Of a stretch of 64,000 nucleotides of DNA, positions 1 through 12,384 are shown one piece after another. The DNA is from Vicugna vicugna. Lineage: Eukaryota. Where the stretch lies: the NCBI GenBank assembly GCA_013265495.1, contig MU058423.1, positions 5,006,793-5,070,792 on the forward strand, written 5' to 3'. The notes under the pieces are model-generated. The model was not told the DNA's origin. It searched no databases and saw only the letters and a program-made list of their open reading frames with translations. The position numbers and the translations under genes are program-made. Positions within the stretch are counted from its first letter, which is position 1. Every line of letters starts with the position of its first letter.

Positions 1-29
1 TATTTCCCTTAGCATGGTATAGATAGAGG

Positions 30-650
30 GGGCGTCCTCAACTTAATGAAGTACTTCAGCAAAAACTCACAGCTAACACCACACTTAATGGTGAAAGAAT
101 GAATGTTTTTCCTGAAGATCAAGAAAAAGGCATGGATGCTTACTGTTGCCACTTCTGTTTAGCATAATAGTGGAAGTCCTGGCCAGTGCAAGATGGCAAG
201 AAAGGGAAATCAAAAGCACACATATCAGAAAGAAAGAAATTAAATTGTCTCTATTTACAGATGGAATGATTATTTACATAGAAAATCCCAAGGATCTCCA
301 AAAAGCTTACAATAGTAGTAAGTGACTTCATCAAGGTGATATTATACAAGATCACTTTACAAAAATCAATTGTGTGTCTATATAAAAAGCACAATATCTT
401 TTATAATTGCCCTTCCAAAATAGAATACTTAGATGCTAGTTTAACAAAACATGTACAGGACCTGTATGCTGAAAACTGCAAAATGATGGTAAAAGAAATC
501 AAAGAAGATCTGAAGAAAAGATGTATCGGGTTTATGGATTGCAAGACTTAATACATTAAACATGTTAAATATACCGTCAATTTTAATGCAATTCCTATTA
601 AATTCTCAAGATTTCTTGTAGATATAAACAATCTTACACTAAAATGAATA
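30..650 (+). mobile_element. Old LINE-1 (L1M-type) ORF2 reverse-transcriptase fragment, decayed
   Basis: 242-289 translates [16 protein letters not shown], versus L1 ORF2 KLSLFADDMIVYLENP with the catalytic FADD degraded. Upstream DNA matches the PTANIILNGE...PLLFNIVLEVLA region. ORF 336..551 is a continuation. Confidence 0.93.
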
Positions 651-714
651 GCTACCACTGTAGTTAGACCAGAGATCAAGTAGTTTCCAAAACTCTATAA
701 ACAGTGTTGATGTG

Positions 715-845
715 ATTTGTTTTATTCAATAAATATTTTTTGATACTTTGGCCAGCCACCAGGCAAAAGTTTAGGGAGACAGAGATGAACAAAACAGTTA
801 TGGCCCTTGTTCTCAGGGAGCTACAGCCCAGCTGGGGAGACAAGA
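715..845 (-). mobile_element. L2 3' end fragment
   Basis: ATTCAATAAATATTT...GGAGACAGAGATGAACAAAACAG...CCCTTGTTCTCAGGGAGCTACAG resembles the reverse complement of the L2 3' terminus. Confidence 0.75.
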
Positions 846-870
846 TTAAAAAATAATAATAAAATAAAAC

Positions 871-2510
871 GAACAGCTACAACAGTTTTGAGAGAGAAAA
901 AAGGGTAGGCAAAATCATTCTACCTAACTTTCAGATTTGCTATATATCTAAATAATCAAGACTGTGATGTTAGTAGCATGATAGATAAACAAACAGAATA
1001 TAATAGAGAACCCAGAAATAGCCCCACACAAGGATGGACAGCTGACTTTTTAAAAATTGAAGTATATTTGGTTTATAATGTATTAATTTCTGGTGTACTG
1101 CATAGTGATTCAACATATATATATTCCTTTTCATATTCTTTTTCATTGTAGGCTGTTATAAGGTACTGAATATAGTTCCCTGTGTTATACAGTAGGACCT
1201 TGCTGTTCATCTATTTTATACATAGTGGTTAGTATCTGTGACTCCTGAACTCCCAATTTATCCCTCCACACCCGTCTTCCCCTTCACTGGTAACCACAAG
1301 TTTGTTTTCTATGCCTGTGAGTCTGCTTCTGTTTTGTAAATAAGTTCATTTGTGTCATTTTTTTTTTTAGATTCCACGTATAAGTGATACCATATGGTAT
1401 TTTTCACTCTCTTTCTGGCTTCCTTCACTTAGTATGACAATCTCCAGGACAACTGACTTTTGATAAAAATGCAAAAGGCATTAAATGGAGAAAGGGTATT
1501 CTCTTTAAGAAACAGTACTGGACAAATTAGTCATTCATAAGCTAAAAGTATTAACAGCAGCATAAACCTCAAACATTGTAGAAAAAAAAATCTGAAATGG
1601 ATCATGGATTTAAATACAAATTGTAAAACTATGAAACTTTTAGAAGTAAACGTAGGAGCAAATCACTGATGCCTAGAACATGATGAGACGTTCTTATATG
1701 TGACAGAAAGCTTGACCCATGGAAAAATTAATTAACCAGTTGGACTTAATCATACTAGAAAAAAGACCCTAGTAAGAAGCCAAGGAGAAAATCTACAGAG
1801 TGAGAGAAAATATTTGCAAACATTACACATGACAAATGACTCATATCTTGAATATATGAAGAATTATCAAAACTGACCATTCTTCAATTAAAAAAAAACC
1901 TCAACAATATGAAAAAAAAAATCCAAACAGAAAATGGGCCAAAGAAATGAACAGACATTTCACCAAAGAGAATAAACAGATGACAAATAGGCACAAGGAA
2001 ATAAATTCAACATTATTAGTGATTAAGCAATTGAAAATTAAAACAATGAAGTATCATGGCACACATAACAAAATAGCTAATAAAATATAATAATAACAAT
2101 ATCCAATACTGGAGGGGATGCAGAAAGTTTGGATCTCTCATATATTGTTGTGAGAATGTGAAAAGCTACAGCCATTCTGGGTGTGGGTATAACTGTAGAA
2201 GGTAACACAAGAGAGTTCTGTGTGGTTATGGGACAGCTGTACTGTGGTGGTGCTTACATGAATCTGCATATATGCGATAAAATTGCTTAGAACTATATAC
2301 ACACACAAACACTCACAAATGAGTACATGCAAACCTGGGACAATCTGGAACATGTGTCATGGGTCGCAGTGCTGTAAATTTCTTGCATTTGTTATTGTAC
2401 CATAGTTCTATCACATGTTACTACTGAGAGGAACTGGGGTAAGGGTACACGGGACCTCTCTGTATTGTAATTGCCACATTATGCACATTTGTAATAATTT
2501 TTTAAAGGAA
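871..2510 (+). mobile_element. Continuation of the old L1 (ORF2 C-terminal half plus L1MC/L1MD-like 3' UTR), interrupted at 1051-1446 and internally deleted near 2180
   Basis: Typical ORF2 DNA (AGAGAACCCAGAAATAG, GAGAAAATATTTGCAAAC, AACAGACATTTCACCAAAGA) and the 3' UTR motif GGAACTGGGGTAAGGGTACACGGGACCTCTCTGTATT. Confidence 0.88.
1051..1446 (-). mobile_element. Younger 5'-truncated L1 3' end (cetartiodactyl-type) inserted antisense into the older L1
   Basis: 15-bp TSD GGACAGCTGACTTTT (1036-1050) / GGACAACTGACTTTT (1447-1461). Body contains GAATATAGTTCCCTGTGTTATACAGTAGG and TTAGATTCCACGTATAAGTGA. Confidence 0.92.
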
Positions 2511-2657
2511 GAAAATATTTCTTACTACTCTCTGGAACAAATCTTCTGTTTTATAAAAACTGTTTACTTGCCTCTATAGGGTCTGTTGCTCTGCTGTATA
2601 TACTCTGACTACAGTGTGCAAAGTAAAGAAGGGGAATGAGTGTCACACCGGATTTTC

Positions 2658-2752
2658 CACTTAAACTCTTGATTTTCCAAGTGCCCATCTGTAAAATGGG
2701 CTAAAAATGATACACTTCAGTTGCAGAGATTTAGTAAAAAATTAGATGAGCT
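2658..2752 (+). mobile_element. MIR core fragment
   Basis: CATCTGTAAAATGGG core followed by ATTAGATGAG. Confidence 0.7.
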
Positions 2753-3614
2753 GGCATAATATAGCTAATACAATGGTTAGATTATAATTTTTAACATAAA
2801 TCCACTCCTATTTTCTGAAGTGCTTTCCTCTATCCAGTCTTTTTTTTTTTCATTTAAATTTATTGACTATTTATACACTGGAGTTAGGAACCTGATTTTA
2901 AAATCTCTGTATTCGCCATCAGCTTCAGTGAATACATGGAATGAAGAAACAGGTGAATAATTCTATGAATCTGTGACATTGAGCTATGAGCCAAAGTAAG
3001 TTTAAAAATTGTTCTATGAGCTAAAGTAAATTAAAAAATTGACATATGGCATCTACCCATCGGGGGTTGACCTTCGGTTAGGGGACACAGATTACAACTA
3101 AGGAAATAATTACTGGATGAGATGGAATACAGACAGTTTAGATGCACTTTGCAGAACGGAGCACCTGGGACTGGGGTGGGTGTGACTCCTTCTAAAAGGT
3201 AGTCCCTGGGTACTTTCCCTTGGGAAGTTCCTAGAAATTTAAATGTTAGGGTGTCATGATCACCTTACAGATATGGATGGGACCTTCCCTCCAAACTTTG
3301 GATTCTCAGGACTGATAATGACACACACAACATCAAGGACTGGAAAGGCTTGTAACTCACATAATGAGTCTTTCTGAGTCTTTTGAGGGTAGGCTCTCGA
3401 ACTGATTGAGAAAAATGGCTTGAGAAACAGGGAAAGGAGATAGGTCATATGGTGGTTAAGGGGTAAACTGTTACTTGACTGAAGTTTCCACCAGTGCCAA
3501 AGGAGGGAGCACTCAAGTTTTCTAATCAGCTTGTGCAGATGGGGGACAAATGGATAAAAGGAGTGGTGGGACATAAAGCTGTCCAAAAATGGAGTCAGAC
3601 TATTACATCAGAGT

Positions 3615-3716
3615 ACACACCAGATCTACTGAATCAGAAACTCCGGAGGTCTGGTCTAGGAATCCGTGTTTTCATCGCCATCAGTTAATTATACTCTGAA
3701 GTTTGAGGACCACTGC
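3615..3716. mobile_element. MER5-family hAT-Charlie MITE fragment
   Basis: CTACTGAATCAGAAACTC...GGAATCCGTGTTTT...AAGTTTGAGGACCACTG terminal motif. Confidence 0.8.
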
Positions 3717-4329
3717 CTTACTAGAAGGATATGCTGGGAGTGAGAGCATGGAGTGTGCACAGAGTCAAAGAGCATTTTGGAGTTTTGGCAAGAAGAAAGG
3801 AAGGCAAAGGTTTATCATCTGATGGTGCCAGTAAGGAAAAGTTCATGTTAGGGTCTAATCACAAATTAGGAAGGAAATGAAAATTTTAATTTTAATACTA
3901 ATAAATGCTATGGCATCATCATAGCTCATAAAACAGTAAATTTAGGAATATTTATTTTCATTGTGAAATAGTTCCCTTCATTATAAAATTCTCTGAAATT
4001 TTTCTTGAGTATATAAAGATACTCAGTATGATTTTTGCTGGAAATATCATTAAAGTGTCTTTATCACATAGCTTATCAAAATTGATGTACTAGGAAATAA
4101 ATTCTGATTCACTTGATTTTGTTGAGTTTAAGTGGAGAGTTCTGAAGACACGTAAGCCTATGTGCATATGTAAAGATTTAGTCATAACATCAATGATCTG
4201 TTTAGGGCTTCAGAGACTATCACTGATTTTCAAAGCAGTTATCTATCAGTAGTACAAGTAAACTAGCATCTTAAATTTTCTATTAAATTTAATTTTCTTG
4301 CAGTGTAATTTTGGGGAAAAATAACATAT

Positions 4330-4560
4330 ATTCATCCAACAAACACAGTTGATGAATACTTGCCATATGGTGCTACTGAGCACTGGAAATACAGTGATAA
4401 AAGTGATGCACCTTCTGTATATGGTTTTCAGGATATTGTGACTAAGAAAGTTATTGGGTTCAACTAACTCATGAGACAAATAAGACCCACAGAAGTTAGA
4501 TAATTTTTAGGGGTAACGTAACTAAAAGGGCTTAAATAGGAGCAATTAAACTCAAATAAT
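4330..4560 (-). mobile_element. Adjacent degraded L2 3' end (about 4330-4430) and MIR (about 4470-4560) fragments
   Basis: TTCATCCAACAAACA...GCACTGGAAATACAGTGATAAA (L2-like); ATGAG..AAATAAGACCCACAGAAGTTA (MIR-like). Confidence 0.55.
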
Positions 4561-5009
4561 AATGTGATCTGGTTTAAGACACAGTGTGTCTTAGGACCTG
4601 TGTTAACTAGAAAAGGAAGGTACAATCTGAAGACACTCACAAATTAACTCTTCAAATGCTGTAGCAAAGCCACACAGGTGTTAACCTCTGGAGGACCACT
4701 CCACGAGCAGCCTGGCCATTTGCATTGTGCCTTGTCACACAGGGGAAGCTGGGCCAAGATCCTGGTGTTCTTTCTCTGGATTATCCCCCTGACGTACTTC
4801 CACTCAGGCAACTTAGCAGCTCTCAGGGGTTTTTGGAGGTGGTTTTGCGTCCCCATTAACCTTTTAAATTAACTGAGGCAATTGTAATGACAGAGATTTC
4901 TTTGAAGTTGGATCTGGGATTTTCAAAAATGCACAGGGATGAGGTTCAACTAATTCGGGCTGGGAGTTCTCTTCTGGGGTGGGGAGGAGAATGTAAGGAT
5001 CTGTAATAT

Positions 5010-5140
5010 TTATTTATTGGATAAACATTTCTGAATCAAATATGACAAAATGTTAAGATTTATAAAAGCTGAATGATGAATGTGTTGGTATTGATCATGC
5101 TATTTCTGTGAGATTTTGTACGCTTGAAATGCTTCATGGA
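5010..5140 (+). mobile_element. L1ME-type 3' end fragment
   Basis: TCTGAATCAAATATGACAAAATGTTAAGATTTATAAAAGCTG; the same motif recurs at about 32264-32305. Confidence 0.65.
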
Positions 5141-6079
5141 AATATTCTCTGATTTGTTTCTAAATGTACATGACATAACAAGTGTGTGTCTCTTTATACT
5201 CTATAAATATACCTGGAAAATGTGTTAACTAGTATTGTATAAATAGAATAATTTTAAAAACCTTGGGCAGCATACTATGTAAGGGATCCAAATGTAAATC
5301 AGTGTGTAAATAGTAAAATGTATGAATCATTGAATCTGCGTAAAACAAAGCATACATGTAGATTGATGAGTTCCACAGTGGGCACATCAGGGCAATTATG
5401 TGATTTCTATAATTTTATCTCATGATTTATGTTAGATATGCCCTTCCTATCATGAAGAAAATAAGAGCAATCCAGGAAAAATATGTTTAAAAATGGATAT
5501 GTCTTTCTCATAAAGAATAGCATGATTTTATGAACACATTGTAGTGCTTCTATTATCAATTAAATGAGAATTAGAATATTGCATTCTTTCAGAGTTTGTT
5601 GGTTTGCAGATTTTTTCAAATCAGAATCAACTGTCTCAAAAGGAGAAACTGTTCAAAGGATATAGTAAGAAAAATTTTATTTCATTTACTACTGGAACTC
5701 TGACAAGTTGAGATTCGGATGAGCTAAAAATTTTGGTAATGTCTGTGCAGAGCAGCTGTGCTTACAATCTGTGTAGGAGTTGGAATGAAAAGGTGAAGCA
5801 CAGAGCTCAGGAGTTCCTCTGGAGAAGTGGTTAGGGGTAAAAAGAAAGAATCTAACCAATTAAACAATCATCTTTTTTATTGTAATTATAACTGCCTACT
5901 GATCTTAAAAGGATAATCTTCCCATTCTTTATCACAGAAGTCAAATCCCTGCTTCCTCTAGTTAGCTGGCAGAAAGGCAGACATAATTTGAATGAAACTT
6001 GGGATATCAACACATAGACCCACACAGAAGGCTAAAGAGAAGATGGTTCACAATGTTGGTAGCAGCAATTGCCATCACA

Positions 6080-7385
6080 TCCTTCTACAAAACCACCAGG
6101 ATGGCTAAACTTTAAAAAGGCAAACAAACAAACAAAATTACAGGATCAATAACAATTATTGGTGAGCATATGGAGTAACTGAAACTTTCAATCTGCTTTT
6201 GGCATTCTAAGTTGATACAACTGTTTTGGAAAACTGTCAGTATCTACTAGGGCTGAACATATGCCTACCCTACAGCTGCAATTGCACTCCTACTCAGTAG
6301 AGTTTGTGCACCAAAAAACAAACACAAGAATGTTCCTCATGTCACTATCAGTAACAACCAAAAACTTGAAACAATACAATTCAGAATCGTAATATATTTA
6401 TAGTCTTTCAATAAGCTTATTAAAGAGCATTCAAAATGAATAAACTATAGCTTCATACAACAAGAGTAATACATACAATAATAAGTGAAAGAAGCCAGAA
6501 CACAAAAAGGTATATATTGTATGTGTTAGTTTTCTACTGCTGCATAACAAATGAGCACAAATTTAGCAGCTGAACGCAACATACATTTATTATCTTACAT
6601 TTTCTATGGGTCAGGAATTCAAGAATGAATAGCTGGGTCCTATGTTCATGGTCGCATTAGGCTAAAATCAGAGTGTTCACTGGTACTGCAATGCCATGCG
6701 AAGTTGGGGGTCCTCTTTCAAACTCATCTAGGCTATCGGCAGAGTTCAATTCCTTGCAATTGTCAGACTAAGGTCTATGTTTTTGCTGGCTGCTGGCCAG
6801 GGTGAGCTCTCAGGTCGTAGCCACATGACCATCTCACAACATGGTAAGTTATTTCTTCAGGTCAGTAGGAGATCATCTATGGCTTTGAATCTCTCTCTGA
6901 GGAAGGGCCCAACCACATTTAAGGACTCATTTGATTAGGTCAGGCTCACCCAAGATAATCTTCCATTTGGATAACTCAAAGTCAACTAATTCATAATCTA
7001 ATCACAGGAGTGGAATCTCACTTAGTCACAAGTCCTTCCTACACCCAAAGGGAGAGGGACGTACAGAACATATACACCAGGGAGAATAACTCTGGGAAGT
7101 CATCTCAGGATTCTGACTATTTTTACTGTATAACTCTATTCATATAAAGTTCAAAAACCAAATGTTGGAGAAAGAAGGCAAAACAGTATCTATCTTTAGG
7201 GGAGAATATCAATGGCTGGGATGGAGCTCAGAGAAATCTTCTATATTATCTCTCCTATATAATAACCTTCTGGGGTTTTTGCCTGGATGGTGGTTATAAG
7301 GATGTGTTCACTATTTGAACTGCTCAATTATGATTTGGCATTTTTTGGCATATAGCTTATAATTTGATTTAATTTTCTATTTAAA
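6080..7385 (+). mobile_element. Old L1 (L1ME/MC-like) ORF2 end and 3' UTR, split by an MLT1 LTR
   Basis: CCACCAGGATGGCTAAA, TTTTGGAAAACTG and AAGTGAAAGAAGCCAGA; resumes after 7126 with CTGTATAACTCTATTCATATAAAGTTCAAAAAC. Confidence 0.8.
6522..7125 (-). mobile_element. MaLR solo LTR, MLT1E-like
   Basis: Starts TGTGTTAGTTTTCTACTGCTGCATAACAAAT (reverse complement of the MLT1 3' end); TGATTAGGTCAGGCTCACCCAAGATAATC; 5-bp TSD TTGTA (6517-6521) / CTGTA (7126-7130). Confidence 0.88.
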
Positions 7386-7436
7386 AAAACAAAATAAAGT
7401 ATTACAGTTTTCCTTCCTTCCAAGAATATATGTGGG

Positions 7437-7467
7437 GTGTGTGTGTGTGTGTGTGCACGCGCGTGTA
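7437..7467. repeat. (GT)n microsatellite running into GCACGCGCGTGT
   Basis: Read directly. Confidence 0.95.
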
Positions 7468-8269
7468 AGTATATGTATAAAATAATAGTACTCTTAGTCA
7501 AGAGTGAGTGGGGAGAAATTACTTGTGAGCTAGGAATTATTTGATGATGTATTTCTGATTTGTCATCTAACATTTGGAGAAGTCAGTCAAAATATTTTTG
7601 AGTCCACTGTCAACAAAACCAAAACAAGATAATTTTTTTATTTTAAAGAACAAAGTTTATATGCCCCTCTTTCAGGAACCATTCTTTGTTATGCACGGTC
7701 AGCACGAACTATACCAAACATTGCAAAGAAAACTGCTGTGTCACAATGCCAATTTGGACACAATCAGTTGGTGATTGACTTGCAGTCTCTAGTTGAAGTT
7801 CCCCGCCCCTCACCCAAAGATGGCTAAGTTCTGTTTTGTCTAAAGTTTGATTTTACTGCTGAAAATGGGGAGGAGCGCTGGTTAGTGACTTCCTCATGAT
7901 CATTTGAGACTTTTTCAGTTCAGTATATGGTCTATCACATATTATATAAATTCCAGTGCCTTTGCCTTTGTGTATTTTGAAACAGTTCAGTTCATTTAAA
8001 ACAACTTTAACTTTACCTTGCAAAAATATAATTCTCCCACATAAGTCATTACCTTTTGGACCCCAATTCCCAAACTGTGATGGGTTTTGCCAGGTATGTG
8101 TTTCTCAGTAGCCTACTAAATTTTTGTTTGCTTGTTTTCCATCTTAAAGCTTGTACCACTAGGAATGATGGTGAGGTAAACATCTTTGAGCTCTCATTTC
8201 ATATTTCAGAGCATTTTACTTCAATGCCTCTAAAATCCTCAAGCTTTGTATTTTATGCCATCTGATTTT

Positions 8270-9620
8270 GTAACTCTCTATCCTTCAATTATAGCTGTTA
8301 TCTCCCAAACCTTGGATCATTCCTCAACATTTCTCCATGAATCAATTCCTAGCTCACTGTTACTCCAGTCACGTCTATCCTAATTTTTGGTGATTTCAAT
8401 GAACTTCTAGATAACACTTCACCCCCCTGGCCTTGAATTCCCTAAAATAAGCTGTCCTTCATAATCTTGTCTTCCACTACACCTCAGTCACTCACTCCCT
8501 AGATACAATTGTTACCCGTAACTATACCCGGCTATGCAACATCCCTTGTACACAGCTCACTCTCTGGCCACTGCCTCCTGTTTTGTTTTGTTCCGTTTTG
8601 TTTTGTTTGTAGGACTCTGACTACAAATCTCCTCCCTACAACTCATTGATCCTATCAGCTTTTCACTGTCCCTCATCCTCTTACCACCTTCTCTCTTCTG
8701 TTTAAATCTCATGTCCAGTCATTAAACATGCTTTGCATATATGCCCTTTACTCCTTTGCACCTCTTACACTTTATCACACTTGTTTAAGTCTAGTTAATT
8801 TCAACCCACCATCAATTCCCTGACCTGCATCTGTGTGGCTGACTGTGGCTGGAGAAAACATATAATCTTTTTAATCTCATTATAAATTCATGTCTAAGGA
8901 ATCAAATGGAACATTAATGCTACGAGACAATCAGATACTATTGTTCTAGTCCATTCACCCTACATTTCTCAAATTCCAAATGCCACCTTCTCCATCTTTA
9001 TTCTGAGAAGATGACTTTGTTCCATCTAAAGCAATCCTTCTGCTTTAACACTAGATTCCTTCTTGTGGCACAGAGGTCTAACAGATCACCACAGGTACAT
9101 GCTTTTCTTTCCCCTACTAAAGAATTTTGATAATATGAACCTACTTATCCTGAGATTGCATTTCCTAGCTCCTTTGCACCGATACTAAGCCATATTATTA
9201 GTTACCACTAATCGAATGTGATTGAATGGGCAGTTTTATGTGTCACTCTGGGCAAGTAACTTCGAAGCAAGAATGGCTTCTCCATGCTGTCTTTTTCTAA
9301 TCACTGGATAGCGGGAAAACGAAAAAGAAATCTCAGGCTGTTAGGGACTGAGGGACAGTATCAAAGGAGCCTCCATCCCTTGAAAATTTTGCATAGAAAA
9401 CAACCTACTGAACACCCTCATAAGACTACTGAATGAACAATAAATGAAATACTATTGTGTTAAGCCATGGGGGTTTCTGCATGTGGATATTAGAGCAGCC
9501 AGTGTTAATTAATTTATGCATATATCACCTCTGACCATCACTCCAGCAATTCTCTTCCCTCGATCCCTTACAATCAACGTTTCACTCTTCTCTGGAATGC
9601 TAATAATTATCCTACATTAA
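8270..9620 (+). mobile_element. L2 ORF2 (endonuclease to linker) fragments, interrupted by MLT1 at 9064-9520
   Basis: 8377-8400 translates ILIFGDFN (APE-endonuclease GDFN motif); pyrimidine-rich L2-like DNA, e.g. TGGCTGGAGAAAACA. Confidence 0.75.
9064..9520 (+). mobile_element. MaLR LTR, MLT1J/I-like
   Basis: TGTGG start; CATTTCCTAGCTCCTTTGCA; 3' motif TATTGTGTTAAGCCA...AGCAGCCAG. Confidence 0.75.
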
Positions 9621-9829
9621 AAAAAATTCTTCAGGCACAGATTCTGAAAATAAATAAATGTTTGTTGGTGTAGATTTTGTTATGTTTTGTTTTGCCTTTT
9701 AGTATGCCTTGTAATATTTTGTTAACAGCCATACATGATGGCACAATACATGCATAGTGCCTAACACATGCCCAGTTCAGCAACAAGTATAATAATTGCA
9801 GATAATTCTGATGCTCAAATATATTCCAA

Positions 9830-10087
9830 ATGGATGGTTGCCAGAAGGGATGGGGTGGAGGGTGGGTGAAACAGGTGAAAAGGATTAAGAGGAACAAATC
9901 TCCAGTTATATAATAAGTAAGTCACAAGGATGTAATATACAGCATAAGGAATGTGGTCAATAATATTGTAATAACTTTGTACAAGGACAGATGGTTATTA
10001 GACTTATTGTGGAGATCATTTGATAATGTAAGCAAATGACCGATCATTATGTAGTACGTCTGAAACTAACTACATTTCAATAAAAAT
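9830..10087 (+). mobile_element. L1 3' end (L1MA9/laurasiatherian-like)
   Basis: GGTTGCCAGAAGGG...CCAGTTATA..AATAAGTAAGTCAC..GGATGTAATATACAGCATAAGGAAT...CTGAAACTAA...TCAATAAAAA. Confidence 0.88.
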
Positions 10088-11324
10088 ATATGTAGCATAA
10101 ATTTTATTAAAATATTTACAATTATTATTTTTTTAAAAAAAATAACTGGTGTATCTTAGCATAATAGCATCCGGGTATCCTTTAGAGAATCCCCATGGAT
10201 AAGTATTCATCTTCAAACATTTTCTGCATTTTAATCGTACTTAAAAAAAATCTTTCTTTCTATGACTATTGAAAGAAATGTGATATTCAAGCTGTTTTTC
10301 ACATACCTAGTATCTACTTAAAGTATCAGGACACATCAGTCTTGAGTGTCATTGTTCTATTCTTCATTAATAGTTATACTTTATCAAGTTAATCAAGGGC
10401 TTTTAGAAAAATCAATCTCAGGTAATTAATCAGGATATTTGCTTATACTAAAATTTGGTTTTTTATTTTACTAATATGGGTAGAGTTTGGTTGATACTGA
10501 AATTCGAAAAACAATTGTGCATTAAAGTAATCTCTTTGTAATATTAAATGCAAAATACATTTAAAAATTCATACTGTTCTCAAATGACTTTAGATGTGGA
10601 TACCCTGAAAACAAAATTAAGAACAGTGACAATAATATTCAGGATATCATTCCAGGCACTCTGAACACCCATCTACTTACAGATCATCATATTATGAGAA
10701 ATACTGGGTTTGATAGCATCACTCACTGGTTCTCTACCACTGCATTTATAAGGTTTATATGTGACTTCCAAATTGGCTTCCTTCTCCAGATTTCTTAGAA
10801 AAAATACATATCTGATGGTTAATAAAATTCATTCTACTTTCCATTTATTAGAAGCTATACTCAAAAAAATTTATTGAGCACAAAACTACATACTTGATAT
10901 ACTATGGTAGCAAGGGCTGCTCAGATGTGCCTAAAAAAGAGAATATAACACTAATTGCACCGTGAATTAATCCTTGGGAAAAGAGAAAAGAAAAAAATGG
11001 GAGACTATTGTCAGTTTAGAGTGGTAATGATATTTCTATTCTGTAGAGAGAAAAGTCCCAGAAACTCTCAGTATTTATTATTGAATAAAGGAGTGTTTAT
11101 TTGTTCCCCAGAGTTTATTCCAGTAAAGATCTCAATAGAGAAATCATGAAATGACGTCTTTATAATTCTGATGACTAATTATAAGTTAATTTTAGAAAGA
11201 GAATTTGGGATCAAAGGCTGTGCATTATTTGTGTCCCTGTACTTCTGGGACAAACGTAAACCAGATAGCTTTTTTTCTCCCCAGGTGTGGTATCATTTCT
11301 TTGTCGGTTTGTATTAAAATATGA

Positions 11325-12350
11325 CCCTTTATTTTAGAATATATTTAGATTCAGTAAAAGTTCTTAGATTCTGAAATAGTTCTTAGAGTTCACGTACACC
11401 TTGCACACGGTTTGCTTGAGATTAAGCCCTTACACTGGCATGATGCATATCACACAGCTAACAAATTGATACTGATACATTACTAACTAAAGTTCATGTT
11501 TTGTTCAGATTTCTAGTGTTTACCTAGTACTCTTTTTTCTGCTTCAGAATCTCATCCAGGGTACCATATTACATTTCGTCAGCATGTCTTCTTAGGCTCC
11601 TCTCAGTTATCCCCTCACTTTTCCTGACTTTTCTTGTTTCTGATGACCTTGAGAGTTTTAAGGAGTACTGGTCGGATATTTGTAGCATGTCCTTTAACTG
11701 GTATTGTCTAATATTTTCTCATAATTAGACATGAATTGTGGGTTTTGGGGGGGATGCCAGAGAGGTAAATTGCCATCATGTTCGCATTATATGAAGAATA
11801 CAACATCAGTTATTACAACTGAGGCTAGCCATTGTCAGCGGGCTGACATAGTGTTTCCACTGCGAAATTCTTCTCCCCAACTTTCCACACTGCATTCTTA
11901 GGAAGTATGAGCTCTGCATAGGGGTAAAGAGTTTTGTTCCACCTCCTTGAGGGACAATACCAACATAAATTGTTTGAAATTATTTTAAATGAGAAATCTA
12001 CTTATCCCCCCATTTATTAATTTAAAAAAATCATTTCTTTTCATCAGCATGGAATTCAGGATATCTATTTTATATTTGGAGTTATAATCCAATACTATAT
12101 TACTTATTTTGCTGCTTAAATTATCCGTGTTGGCCACTGGAGCCCTATCAAACAGCTCCTGTGTCCCTTTGACATAATTTACTAGTTTGTTTCTCTTTTT
12201 GAACACTTTAATTTTTGACAGTCTATCCAGGATCATCTTGTGTTTTTCTTTTTCCAGTCTTAGACATTTCTCCAAGAAGCCCTGAGTTCTTTTATTGGAA
12301 AAATGTATTAGAAACCAAGATCTGGACACTGTATATGCTCATTGCTATTT
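11325..12350 (-). mobile_element. L1MC4-like 3' region
   Basis: GATGACCTTGAGAGTTTTAAGGAGTACTGGTC; GAGTTATAATCCAATACTA; CATTTCTCCAAGAAGCCCTG...AGAAACCAAGATCTGG. Confidence 0.85.
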
Positions 12351-12384
12351 GTTGCTTCTAAGGTCCCTTAGCAAGAAATCCCAG

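Noticed and set aside
3250..3470. Possible ERVL LTR fragment
   Set aside because: Only a vague resemblance to recalled consensus sequences; family and boundaries cannot be supported.
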